A stretch of 64,000 nucleotides of DNA from Cyanophora paradoxa CCMP329. Its lineage: Eukaryota > Plantae > Glaucophyta. This document shows, one piece after another, positions 1 through 11,900 of this stretch (position 1 is the first letter of the stretch; each line of letters opens with the position of its first letter). A model generated the notes under the pieces. It was not told the origin of the DNA and did no database searches. It saw only the letters and a program-made list of their open reading frames with translations. A program made the translations under genes and the position numbers. Where the stretch lies: positions 1 through 64,000 of the forward strand of contig QPMI01000222.1 of assembly GCA_004431415.1 (NCBI GenBank), read 5' to 3'.

Positions 1-315
1 CCCCCCCCTCCCAGTACCCTTGCAATGTGTACAAGTACCCCCTTGCACCTCCGCGCGCCGCGCGGCCCGGACTCGCCGCACTTGCACAGGGCCGGGCCCG
101 GGGCGCGGTCTGCTAGTGTATACGTACACAAATAGCACGAATCTTTCTCCTTCGAATCAGGCTCCCGGCCTTCGAAGAGGGCATAGAACAGAAAGCAATC
201 TCGCACAGGCTTAATGCCTGCAGGACTCTAGGAGCATTGTCAAGCTCCAAAAAGCCGCCAAAAAAACTGATGGTGACACGGCGCTCATCTGCCAGTTGTA
301 GCGATGATCTCCATT

Positions 316-1081
316 CTAGTACATGCGGAACAAAAGATAGCCAACTATCAGCAGCAGGCCAAGGGCGACTGGGAACGAGAAGAGCGGCTTGAGGGCCGGC
401 GGCGCCTTAGCCTTGAGCCTCATTAAAGCGAGGTGCAGCGTGTCTATAAGTCGATCGACTGGATCGAGTTTCGCCTGCGCGACCGGAGATAGCCTCTTTA
501 AGGCACGCGCGGGTGCATGGAGGCGCCGGCCTAGATGCGAGTGCAATCACCTTTGCGATGTCTCTCTCCTCAGCGATGCGGTTCTTCTCCTTAGCGATGA
601 GGTTCTTCTCCTCAGCGATGCGGTTCTTCTCCTTAGTGATGAGGTTCTTCTCCGCGTCCTTCTTCGCGAGAAGCTCGTCCTTCTTCGCGAAAAGTGTGAT
701 GATTCCGGCCTCGTCGCCGGCAGAGTAGAGCTTCCTGACAAGCTCCACCTGACGGCGCGCGGCACGGCCGCGGGCGTAAGGCACGGCTACGGATGCACAA
801 CCGATACACAAAGCTGCACGCGCACCTCGGCATCTGCAGTCTCGAGTCGCCGCTCGATCCAGATGCGCACACGATGAACTGCCGCTGACCTCTCGCGGCG
901 CTGAGCTCCAAGTCGACGAGGCGCGCACACTCGAGCTCTGCGCCGCCCACACCACCGGCGCTCCACGCCAAACTGGTGAGAGGGTGATCAACGAACGGTG
1001 CCAAGATGCAAGAGAGTGGCATAATTGCCCGAATCCGAACCGTGGCGCGCGGAGAATCACGCCTCCAACGAATGCGTCCAT
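316..1081 (-). CDS. Plastid-targeted coiled-coil tail-anchored protein, copy 1 (small indels: pseudogene or read errors)
   Basis: Same 4-exon structure as 7535-8331, but with several small indels relative to copies 2 and 3. Confidence 0.55.
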
Positions 1082-1647
1082 CTGACAACCACACTGGCGG
1101 AGAGATCGGAGGCTTCGCCTGCTGTTGTCACTCGGGTACTCGCGCTAGCGCTAGTGCGCGCTGACTTGGCTTCGTAATGAAACGTCGGTTGTTGAAAACT
1201 GGGGGGCGGGAGGGGGGGGTAGATATAGATGTGCCCTGCCGGATGAACCAGGCTGCATCGCTTCGTTCGCAGCTGCGTCACTTCGTTTAATGATCAGCAA
1301 TCCAAAAGCAATAAACACTAGCTATAGCTGCTCGCGAAGCCGATACAAACTTTAATCGATATCCAGCAAGGCAATGATCGACGCTGCGGCAGCAATGACG
1401 TCACCGCGTCATAACCGCAACATGCCGTACCCAGACGCCGCGGCGCAGCGCAACCACGGCGAGTTCAATCTGGGTACAGCTGTGTATTTGCTTCGAGCAT
1501 CACAACCTCGCTTTGGTGGCCAGCCGGCTGGCCGCTGACAAGCGCTGAAGATCAAGGCCGCCTTGCCCCGGCTCGCCTTCGGCCCGTGCGGGGCTGTGCC
1601 GCTCCTTGAGCTAAGCCTGCAGTCGGCCTGGAGTCGCGCAGGGAGAC

Positions 1648-3304
1648 ATGGATGAAGAAAGGTGAGCTCAGGAGCGCCTCTAGGCATCCGCCCTTAGCGG
1701 GACACACCCGCTGCTGTTTTAGTCGTTGACCGGCTCTGCCTTGCCGCGCCGCAGCTCGTCGGTGGCACCGGAGAAGGTGCGCCAGGGCGCTTGCTGTATA
1801 GACGCAGTTCCATCTGGACCCGGCCGCTACCCGGAAGACCTAGCTAGATGCTCACGCCCGCCCCGCGCGATAAGCCGGTCCTCGTTAGGCTTGAACGCGT
1901 CCTGCGCAGGTGCGAGTCGTGGTGCGCATCCGGCCGCTGAATCCGGTGGAGGCGGCCCGCGGGGACCCGTGCGTGGTCCAGGCAGATGGCGGGCGCAGCG
2001 TGCAGGCGCGGGCGCCCCTCCCGCGGAGCGCCCCGCCGGCGCTGAGGCCGCGCAGATCATGCAGGTGACAGACGACGGCTACTTTGACGGCTTCAACGCG
2101 ACTTCGTTCAAATTCAGCGCGGTCTTCGGTCCCTCCGTCGCCCAGGCGCGCCCAGCCGCCTTCGCCTCCGCATCCGCCCCGCGGCGCTGCTTTCGGTCCG
2201 ACCCGCCCCGCAGGAGGAACTCTTCGACTCGTGCGGCGTCCAGCGGCTCATTATGTCCGCCGTGAACGGGTGCGGGGTCCCCGGCTGCGCCGTGCCGCGC
2301 GGCCGCTCGAATTTGATCCGACGCCGCGGCAGCTACTCGGCGACCGTCTTCGCGTTCGGGCAGACGGGAAGCGGGAAGACGTACTCCATGAGCGGCGCCG
2401 AGCACGTGATCCGTGCGCGGTAGCGTCGGCTTCGGGCGCCCGCCCGCCGCCCTCCGGCGCGGCTGAACGGCTGCCGCCCCTCGCAGTGAGCAAGAACTAC
2501 GCCGGGGCGGACGCAAGGGACGGCATCATACCCCGCTCCATGCAGTTCCTCTACCAGCAGCTCCAGCGCGAGGCCGAGGCGGGGTACGCGATTCGCGATT
2601 CGATCCGCATCGTACCCCCCGCCCGCCCGCGGACCGCCCGCCCGAGCCCCCTCCGCAGCGGCATGTTCAAGGTCCGCATGACGTACCTCGAGATCTATAA
2701 CGAGCAGGTACCCCTCCCCTTGCCGAGCCTGTACCCTTCCCGCGCCGGCGCGATTGGATGCGCAGGTCCGGGACCTCCTGAACCCCGGCGGGGGCGCCCT
2801 GGGGGTACGCTGGACGAGAAACAAGGCGCGCCGCGTACCCTTCGGCCCCTCGGGGGGTACGCCCTGCTCGGGAGAACGGCAAAGTGGAGAACGGGCTGGA
2901 GACCGGATCCATTAACAAGTCCCTCTTCACCCTCGGTGCCCGCCCGCCCGTCGCTCCGGATCCCTCCCTCCCGCCCTCTCTTCCCGCCTCACAAGCAACC
3001 CTCCGCCTCCTCCTTCCCACAGCCCCCCCCCCCCCCCCCCCCCCCCAGGCAAGGTGATCTCTTCGCTGGCGAGCAACGAGCGCCACATGCGCAACAGCAA
3101 TGCCCTCGTGCCCTTCCGCGAGAGTGTGTACCCCTCCTGCCCCTGCGCCTCCCCTCCCCTCAAAGCTGACCTTACTGCGCCCCAGGCAAGCTGACGAAGC
3201 TGCTCATCGACTCACTCGGAGGGAACTCGATGACTCTCATGGCGCGCCCCCCTCCACCCCGCTTCTTCCCCCCCCTTCTTTTTTTCGAACCTGGGTACGT
3301 GCAG
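1648..3304 (+). pseudogene. Truncated kinesin copy (5' part, internal deletion)
   Basis: Retains VRVVVRIRP, GQTGSGKT, YLEIYNEQ and SKLTKLL. Lacks ~480 bp including NKDSNRSH and DLAGSE, and stops matching after GGNSMTLM. Confidence 0.9.
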
Positions 3305-3936
3305 GTAGCTTCGTCGACTGGAGGTTCGCCCCGCCGCCGCCGCTGCTGCGTACCTGACCCGGCCGCCCCCGCTGGGCCCCGCCCCCGCACGGCCGCTGTC
3401 CGGAGCGAGCTGACGCCTCGGCTATGCGTATGTGCAGGCTATGCGCAGGGCCTGCCCGCCGCTGCCCTCGCCTGCACGCCCGCCTGGTGCCTCCGCTCGC
3501 GTCGCCACCCCACCCGTCCGCCTCGTCACCTCACCACCCCGCCCGCCTCGCTCGGCCGCCCGCCTTGCCTCTCTGCCCTCCCCAGCTCCCCTTCCTCCCC
3601 TTCCCCTCCCGGATTCCCCCCCCCCTCCCAGTACCCTGCAATGTGTACAAGTACCCCCCTTGCACCTCCGCGCGCCGCGCGGCCCGGACTCGCCGCACTT
3701 GCACAGGGCCGGGCCCGGGGCGCGGTCTGCTAGTGTATACGTACACAAAACTAGCACGAATCTTTCTCCTTCGAACTCAGGCTCCCGGCCTTCGAAGAGG
3801 CATAGAACAGAAAGCAATCTCGCACAGGCTTAAATGCCTGCAGGACTCTAGGAGCATTGTCAAGCTCCAAAAAGCCGCCAAAAAAACTGATGGTGACACC
3901 GGCGCTCATCTGCCAGTTGTAGCGATGATCTCCATT

Positions 3937-4691
3937 CTAGTACATGCGGAACAAAAGAATAAGCCAAACTATCAGCAGCAGGCCAAGGGCGACTGGGAAC
4001 GAGAAGAGCGGCTTGAGGGCCGGCGGCGCCTTAGCCTTGAGCCTCATTAAAGCGAGGTGCAGCGTGTCTATAAGTCGATCGACTGGATCGAGTTTCGCCT
4101 GCGCGACCGGAGATAGCCTCTTTAAGGCACGCGCGGGTGCATGGAGGCGCCGGCCTAGATGCGAGTGCAATCACCTTTGCGATGTCTCTCTCCTCAGCGA
4201 TGCGGTTCTTCTCCTCAGCGATGCGGTTCTTCTCCTTAGCGATGAGGTTCTTCTCCGCGTCCTTCTTCGCGAGAAGCTCGTCCTTCTTCGCGAAAAGTGT
4301 GATGATTCCGGCCTCGTCGCCGGCAGAGTAGAGCTTCCTGACAAGCTCCACCTGACGGCGCGCGGCACGGCCGCGGGCGTAAGGCACGGCTACGGATGCA
4401 CAACCGATACACAAAGCTGCACGCGCACCTCGGCATCTGCAGGTCTCGAGTCGCCGCTCGATCCAGATGCGCACACGATGAAATGCCGCTGACCTCTCGC
4501 GGCGGCTGAGCTCCCAAGTCGACGAGGCGCGCACACTCGAGCTCTGCGCCGCCCCACAGCCACCGGCGGCTCCACGCCAAAACTGGTGAGAGGGGTGATC
4601 AACGAACGGTGCCAAGATGCAGGAGAGTGGCATAATTGCCGAATCCGAACCGTGGCGCGCGGAGAATCACGCCTCCAACGAATGCGTCCAT
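3937..4691 (-). CDS. Plastid-targeted coiled-coil tail-anchored protein, copy 2
   Basis: ATG at 4691 (MDAFVGG), three GT-AG introns, IAxEKNR heptads, C-terminal hydrophobic helix, stop at 3937. Confidence 0.7.
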
Positions 4692-5251
4692 CTGACAACC
4701 ACACTGGATCGGAGGCTTCGCCTGCTGTTGTCACTCGGGTACTCGTGCTAGCGCTAGTGCGCGCTGACTTGGCTTCGTAATGAAACGTCGGTTGTTGAAA
4801 ACTGGGGGGCGGGAGGGGGGGGGTAGATATAGATGTGCCCTGCCGGATGAACCAGGCTGCATCGCTTCGTTCGCAGCTGCGTCACTTCGTTTAATGATCA
4901 GCAATCCAAAAGCAATAAACACTAGCTATAGCTGCTCGCGAAGCCGATACAAACTTTAATCGATATCCAGCAAGGCAATGATCGACGCTGCGGCAGCAAT
5001 GACGTCACCGCGTCATAACCGCAACATGCCGTACCCAGACCCCGCGGCGCAGCGCAACCACGGCGAGTTCAATCTGGGTACAGCTGTGTATTTGCTTCGA
5101 GCATCACAACCTCGCTTTGGTGACCAGCCGGCTGGCCGCTGACAAGCGCTGAAGATCAAGGCCGCCTTGCCCCGGCTCGCCTTCGGCCCGTGCGGGGCTG
5201 TGCCGCTCCTTGAGCTAAGCCTGCAGTCGGCCTGGAGTCGCAAAGGAAGAC

Positions 5252-6910
5252 ATGGATGAAGAAAGGTGAGCTCAGGAGCGCTTTTAGGCATCCGCCCTTA
5301 GCGGGACACACCCGCTGCTGTTTTAGTCGTTGACCGGCTCTGCCTTGCCGCGCCGCAGCTCGTCGGTGGCACCGGAGAAGGTGCGCCAGGGCGCTTGCTG
5401 TATCAGACGCAGTTCCATCTGGACCCGGCCCGCTTACCCGGAAGACCTAGCTAGATGCTCACACCCGCCCCGCGCGCTGAGCCGGTCCTCGTTAGGCTTG
5501 AACGCGTCCTGCGCAGGTGCGAGTCGTGGTGCGCATCCGGCCGCTGAATCCGGTGGAGGCGGCCCGCGGGGACCCGTGCGTGGTCCAGGCAGATGGCGGG
5601 CGCAGCGTGCAGGCGCGGGCGCCCCTCCCGCGGAGCGCCCCGCCGGCGCTGAGGCCGCGCAGATCATGCAGGTGACAGACGACGGCTACTTTGACGGCTT
5701 CAACGCGACTTCGTTCAAATTCAGCGCGGTCTTCGGCCCTCCGTCGCGCAGGCGCGCCCAGCCGCCTTCGCCTCGCGCTCGCCTCGGGCGCTGCTTTCGG
5801 TCCGACCCGCCCGCAGGAGGAACTCTTCGACTCGTGCGGCGTCCAGCGGCTCATTATGTCCGCCGTGAACGGGTGCGGGGTCCCCGGCTGCGCCGTGCCG
5901 CGCGGCCGCTCGAATTTGATCCGACGCCGCGGCAGCTACTCGGCGACCGTCTTCGCGTTCGGGCAGACGGGAAGCGGGAAGACGTACTCCATGAGCGGCG
6001 CCGAGCACGTGATCCGTGCGCGGTAGCGTCGGCTTCGGGCGCCCGCCCCGCCGCCCTCCGGCGCGGCTGAACGGCTGCCGCCCCTCGCAGTGAGCAAGAA
6101 CTACGCCGGGGCGGACGCAAGGGACGGCATCATACCCCGCTCCATGCAGTTCCTCTACCAGCAGCTCTAGCGCGAGGCCGAGGCGGGGTACGCGATTCGC
6201 GATTCGATCCGCATCGTACCCCCCGCCCGCCCGCGGACCGCCCGCCCGAGCCCCCTCCGCAGCGGCATGTTCAAGGTCCGCATGACGTACCTCGAGATCT
6301 ATAACGAGCAGGTACCCCTCCCCTTGCCGAGCCTGTACCCCTCCCGCGCCGGCGCGATTGGATGCGCAGGTCTGGGACCTCCTGAACCCCGGCGGGGGCG
6401 CCCTGGGGGTACGCTGGACGAGAAACAAGGCGCGCCGCGTACCCTTCGGCCCCTCGGGGGGTACGCCCTGCTCGGGAGAACGGCAAAGCGGAGAACGGGC
6501 TGGAGACCGGATCCATTAACAAGTCCCTCTTCACCCTCGGTGCCCGCCCGCCCGTCGCTCCCTCCCTCCCTCCCGCCCTCTCTTCCCGCCTCACAAGCAA
6601 CCCTCCGCCTCCTCCTTCCCACAGCCCCCCCCCCCCCCCCCCCCCCCCCCCCAGGCAAGGTGATCTCTTCGCTGGCGAGCAACGAGCGCCGCATGCGCAA
6701 CAGCGATGCCCTCGTGCCCTTCCGCGAGAGTGTGTACCCCTCCTGCCCCTGCGCCTCCCCTCCCCTCAAAGCTGACCTTACTGCGCCCCAGGCAAGCTGA
6801 CGAGGCTGCTCATCGACTCACTCGGAGGGAACTCGATGACTCTCATGGCGCGCCCCCCTCCACCCCGCTTCTTCCCCCCCCTTCTTTTTTTCGAACCTGG
6901 GTACGTGCAG
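5252..6910 (+). pseudogene. Truncated kinesin copy (5' part, same deletion, plus nonsense codon)
   Basis: Same deletion as copy 1, and CAG>TAG at 6168-6170 in the FLYQQLQ exon. Confidence 0.9.
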
Positions 6911-7534
6911 GTAGCTTCGTCGACTGGAGGTTCGCCCCGCCGCCGCCGCTGCTGCGTACCTGACCCGGCCGCCCCCGCTGGGCCCCGCCCCCGCACGGCC
7001 GCTGTCCGGGGCGAGCTGACGCCTCGGCTATGCGTATGTGCAGGCTATGCGCAGGGCCTGCCCGCCGCTGCCCTCGCCTGCACGCCCGCCTGGTGCCTCC
7101 GCTCGCGTCGCCACCCCACCCGTCCGCCTCGTCACCTCACCACCCCGCCCGCCTCGCTCGGCCGCCCGCCTTGCCTCTCTGCCCTCCCCAGCTCCCCTTC
7201 CCCTCCCGGATTCCCCCCCCCCCTCCCAGTACCCTGCAATGTGTACAAGTACCCCCCTTGCACCTCCGCGCGCCGCGCGGCCCGGACTCGCCGCACTTGC
7301 ACAGGGCCGGGCCCGGGGCGCGGTCTGCTAGTGTATACGTACACAAAACTAGCACGAATCTTTCTCCTTCGAACTCAGGCTCCCGGCCTTCGAAGAGGCA
7401 TAGAACAGAAAGCAATCTCGCACAGGCTTAAATGCCTGCAGGACTCTAGGAGCATTGTCAAGCTCCAAAAAGCCGCCAAAAAAACTGATGGTGACACCGG
7501 CGCTCATCTGCCAGTTGTAGCGATGATCTCCATT

Positions 7535-8331
7535 CTAGTACATGCGGAACAAAAGAATAAGCCAAACTATCAGCAGCAGGCCAAGGGCGACTGGGAACGA
7601 GAAGAGCGGCTTGAGGGCCGGCGGCGCCTTAGCCTTGAGCCTCATTAAAGCGAGGTGCAGCGTGTCTATAAGTCGATCGACTGGATCGAGTTTCGCCTGC
7701 GCGACCGGAGATAGCCTCTTTAAGGCACGCGCGGGTGCATGGAGGCGCCGGCCTAGATGCGAGTGCAATCACCTTTGCGATGTCTCTCTCCTCAGCGATG
7801 CGGTTCTTCTCCTTAGCGATGCGGTTCTTCTCCTTAGCGATGAGGTTCTTCTCCTCAGCGATGCGGTTCTTCTCCTTAGTGATGAGGTTCTTCTCCGCGT
7901 CCTTCTTCGCGAGAAGCTCGTCCTTCTTCGCGAAAAGTGTGATGATTCCGGCCTCGTCGCCGGCGGAGAAGAGCTTCCTGACAAGCTCCACCTGACGGCG
8001 CGCGGCACGGCCGCGGGCGTAAGGCACGGCTACGGATGCACAACCGATACACGAAGCTGCACGCGCACCTCGGCATCTGCAGGTCTCGAGTCGCCGCTCG
8101 ATCCAGATGCGCACACGATGAAATGCCTCTGACCTCTCGCGGCGGCTGAGCTCCCAAGTCGACGAGGCGCGCACACTCGAGCTCTGCGCCGCCCCACAGC
8201 CACCGGCGGCTCCACGCCAAAACTGGTGAGAGGGGTGATCAACGAGCGGTGCCAAGATGCAGGAGAGTGGCATAATTGCCGAATCCGAACCGTGGCGCGC
8301 GGAGAATCACGCCTCCAACGAATGCGTCCAT
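7535..8331 (-). CDS. Plastid-targeted coiled-coil tail-anchored protein, copy 3 (~191 aa)
   Basis: Exons 8331-8291, 8222-8069, 7991-7773 and 7696-7535 splice in frame (GT-AG). Protein: MDAFVGGVILRAPRFGVEPPVAVGRRRARVCAPRRLGSSAAARGQRHFIVCASG, then heptads, then FSFPVALGLLLIVWLILLFRMY*. Confidence 0.75.
7787..7895 (-). repeat. 21-bp coding minisatellite (I-A/T-K/E-E-K-N-R/L heptad)
   Basis: Units such as GCGATGCGGTTCTTCTCCTTA: 4 full units here, 3 in copy 1 (~565-655), 2 in copy 2 (~4190-4255). Confidence 0.9.
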
Positions 8332-8908
8332 CTGACAACCACACTGGCGGAGAGATCGGAGGCTTCGCCTGCTGTTGTCACTCGGGTACTCGCGCTAGCG
8401 CTAGTGCGCGCTGACTTGGCTTCGTAATGAAACGTCGGTTGTTGAAAACTGGGGGGCGGGAGGGGGGAGGGGTAGATATAGATGTGCCCTCCGGATGAAC
8501 CAGGCTGCATCGCTTCGTTCGCAGCTGCGTCACTTCGTTTAATGATCAGCAATCCAAAAGCAATAAACACTAGCTATAGCTGCTCGCGAAGCCGATACAA
8601 ACTTTAATCGATATCCAGCAAGGCAATGATCGACGCTGCGGCAGCAATGACGTCACCGCGTCATAACCGCAACATGCCGTACCCAGACCCCGCGGCGCAG
8701 CGCAACCACGGCGAGTTCAATCTGGGTACAGCTGTGTATCTGCTTCGAGCATCACAACCTCGCTTCGTTGACCAGCCGGCTGGCCGCTGGCACCACAATT
8801 GCAAGGGCTGAACATCAAGGCCGCCTGCCCCGGCTCCCTTCGGCCCGTGCGGAGCAGTGCCGCTCCTGGAGCTAAGCCTGCAGTCGGCCTGGAGTCGCGC
8901 AGGGAGAC

Positions 8909-11900
8909 ATGGATGAAGAAAGGTGAGCTCAGGAGCGCCTCTAGGCATCCGCCCTTAGCGGGACACACCCGCTGCTGTTTTAGTCGTTGACCGGCTCTGC
9001 CTTGCCGCGCCGCAGCTCGTCGGTGGCACCGGAGAAGGTGCGCCAGGGCGCTTGCTGTATTAGACGCAGTTCCATCTGGACCCGGCCCGCTCACCCGGAA
9101 GACCTAGCTAGATGCTCACGCCCGCCCCGCGCGCTGAGCCGGTCCTCGTCAGGCTTGAACGCGTCCTGCGCAGGTGCGAGTCGTGGTGCGCATCCGGCCG
9201 CTGAATCCGGTGGAGGCGGCCCGCGGGGACCCGTGCGTGGCCCAGGCAGATGGCGGGCGCAGCGTGCAGGCGCGGGCGCCCCTCCCGCGGAGCGCCCCGC
9301 CGGCGCTGAGGCCGCGCAGATCATGCAGGTGACGGACGACGGCTACTTTGACGGCTCCAACGCGACTTCGTTCAAATTCAGCGCGGTCTTCGGGCCCTCC
9401 GTCGCGCAGGCGCGCCCAGCCGCCTTCGCCCTCGCGCTCGCCTCGGGGCGCTGCTTTCGGTCCGACCCGCCCCGCAGGAGGAACTCTTCGACTCGTGCGG
9501 CGTCCAGCGGCTCATTATGTCCGCCGTGAACGGGTGCGGGGTCCCCGGCTGCGCCGTGCCGCGCGGCCGCTCGAATTTGATCCGACGCCGCGGCAGCTAC
9601 TCGGCGACCGTCTTCGCGTTCGGGCAGACGGGAAGCGGGAAGACGTACTCCATGAGCGGCGCCGAGCACGTGATCCGTGCGCGGTAGCGTCGGCTTCGGG
9701 CGCCCGCCCCGCCGCCCTCCGGCGCGGCTGAACGGCTGCCGCCCCTCGCAGTGAGCAAGAACTACGCCGGGGCGGACGCAAGGGACGGCATCATACCCCG
9801 CTCCATGCAGTTCCTCTACCAGCAGCTCCAGCGCGAGGCCGAGGCGGGGTACGCGATTCGCGATTCGATCCGCATCGTACCCCCCGCCCGCCCGCGGACC
9901 GCCCGCCCGAGCCCCCTCCGCAGCGGCATGTTCAAGGTCCGCATGACGTACCTCGAGATCTATAACGAGCAGGTACCCCTCCCCTTGCCGAGTCTGTACC
10001 CCTCCCGCCCCGGCGCGATTGGGTGCGCAGGTCCGGGACCTCCTGAACCCCGGCGGGGGCGCCCTGGGGGTACGCTGGACGAGAAACAAGGCGCGCCGCG
10101 TACCTCTCGGCCCCTCGCAGGGTACACCGTGCTTATGGGGGGTACAGGGCTTCCACGTGGACGCTGTCAACTTCACTGAGTGCCCCACGGTCAAGGAGGC
10201 GATGATGGCCGTCAAGAAGGGTACGCAGTTTCCTTCTCAACGATAAGCTGTACCCCCACCGTGCTCGCTCGCGCCTGACGGGGCCGGGCGGGGCGGGGGT
10301 ACAGGGCTCCAGGCGCGGCGGGTCGCGAGCCACGAGCTCAACAAGGATTCGAACCGTAGCCACTGCATGCTTACCGTCCACGTCGACAGGCAGGCCTTCG
10401 ACGACGTGCGCCGTACCCCCTTCCCTCTCGTCCCCTCCCCCTCCACCGCTCACGCCCCGTGTACCCAGGGCCGGCCCATCGTGACACACGGCAAGATCGC
10501 CTTCGTGGACCTCGCGGGTTCGAACCCCGCCGGGTCCCGCTCGCTGCCCTCCCCCCGCCTCACTCGGCCCCTTCCCCCCCCCCCCTCTCTCGTAGGCTCG
10601 GAGCGGCTCAAGGACAGCAAGGCCGAGAACGGGCTGGAAACCGGATCCATCAACAAGTCCCTCTTCACCCTCGGTGACCGCCCGCCCGCCCGCCCGCCCG
10701 CCCCTCCCTCTCTTCCCCGCCTCACACAAGCGATCCTCCGCCTCCTCCTTCCCCCCCCAGGCAAGGTGATCTCAACGCTCGCGAGCAACGAGCGCCGCAA
10801 CAGCGACGCCCTCGTGCCCTTCCGCGAGAGTGCGGCGTACCCCTCCCGCCCCTGCGCCGTATCCCCTCCCCTCCAAGCTGACCGGACCGACCGCCCCTAA
10901 GGCAAGCTGACGAAGCTGCTGATCGACTCACTCGGAGGGAACTCGATGACGCTCATGGCTCGCTCCCCCCCCCTCCCCCCCTCCCCCCCTCCCTTTCTTC
11001 CCCCCTCGAACCGGGGTGCGCGCAGGTCGTCTGCTGCTCGCCCTCCGTGGTGCACGCCAACGAGAGCCTGCGTTCGCTCCAGTTCGCCGCCCGCGCAGCC
11101 AACATCCGCAACCGGTGCGCACCCAGTCTAAAAATAGCCGGTCCGACTCGGAGTACGAAGCCGAACGACGCCCCCGGGCAGGCCGCGGGTGCTGCTGGAC
11201 GAGCGGGAGCAGCTGGTGGTCAACCTTCGCCACGAGATCGAGGCGCTCCGCCGCGAGAACGGCGACCTCCGCCGTGCGCACGTACCTCCCCCCACGTCCA
11301 TCCCTTCCAAGCCTCCCTCTGAGCGGCCTCGCTCGTCTGGCAGGCAAGCTCGACGAGATCATGAGCCTGCCCTACCCCCCGCGCATGCACACCGCCGGCG
11401 AGGCACGCGCGCACGCGTACCCCCCGGCGCGCCCGGCCATACGTCCCCTTCTGAACCCAGCGCAGGCCGAGCCACCGCAGGCCGCACCCTCCTTCGCTCC
11501 CTCCCCCAACTCGACCTACAAGCCCTCCTCCGCCTCCGCGGCGTACGCGCCCTACCCGTACCAGGCGTACCCCCCCGCGCCGGCATCCTCCTCCTCGTAT
11601 TCGGCGTCGCCCAAGGGGCGGGGCGGCGCCTCGCCTCGGGGCCGGGGCCGGGGCAAGCCGGCGCCCCGCGTCGGGGGCTGGACCCAGGGCCAGGAGGCCC
11701 TGCGCACCTCCTTGGAACAGTCCTACGGCGTACCCCTCCCCGGCCCCTCCCAGGGCTCCTCCTCCCCGCTCGCCGGGCGGCCCCCCCTGCCGGGCCCGAG
11801 CGGCGTCCCTATGGGCACCCGCGGCAGCTTCGGCTCGGCGCCCGGGGGTTTCGGGGCCACGGGCCAGAGCTGGGGCACGGCGCCCAGCCCCTCGCCGAGC

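Larger units (their letters stand above)
1..11025. repeat. Tandem segmental duplication, unit ~3.6 kb (partial unit 1-3304, unit 3305-6910, source unit 6911-~11025)
   Basis: Near-identical blocks recur at ~1, ~3620 and ~7215. The junction GTGCAG-GTAGCTTCGTCGACTGG occurs at 3304 and 6910 (period 3606). The array may continue left of the window. Confidence 0.95.
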
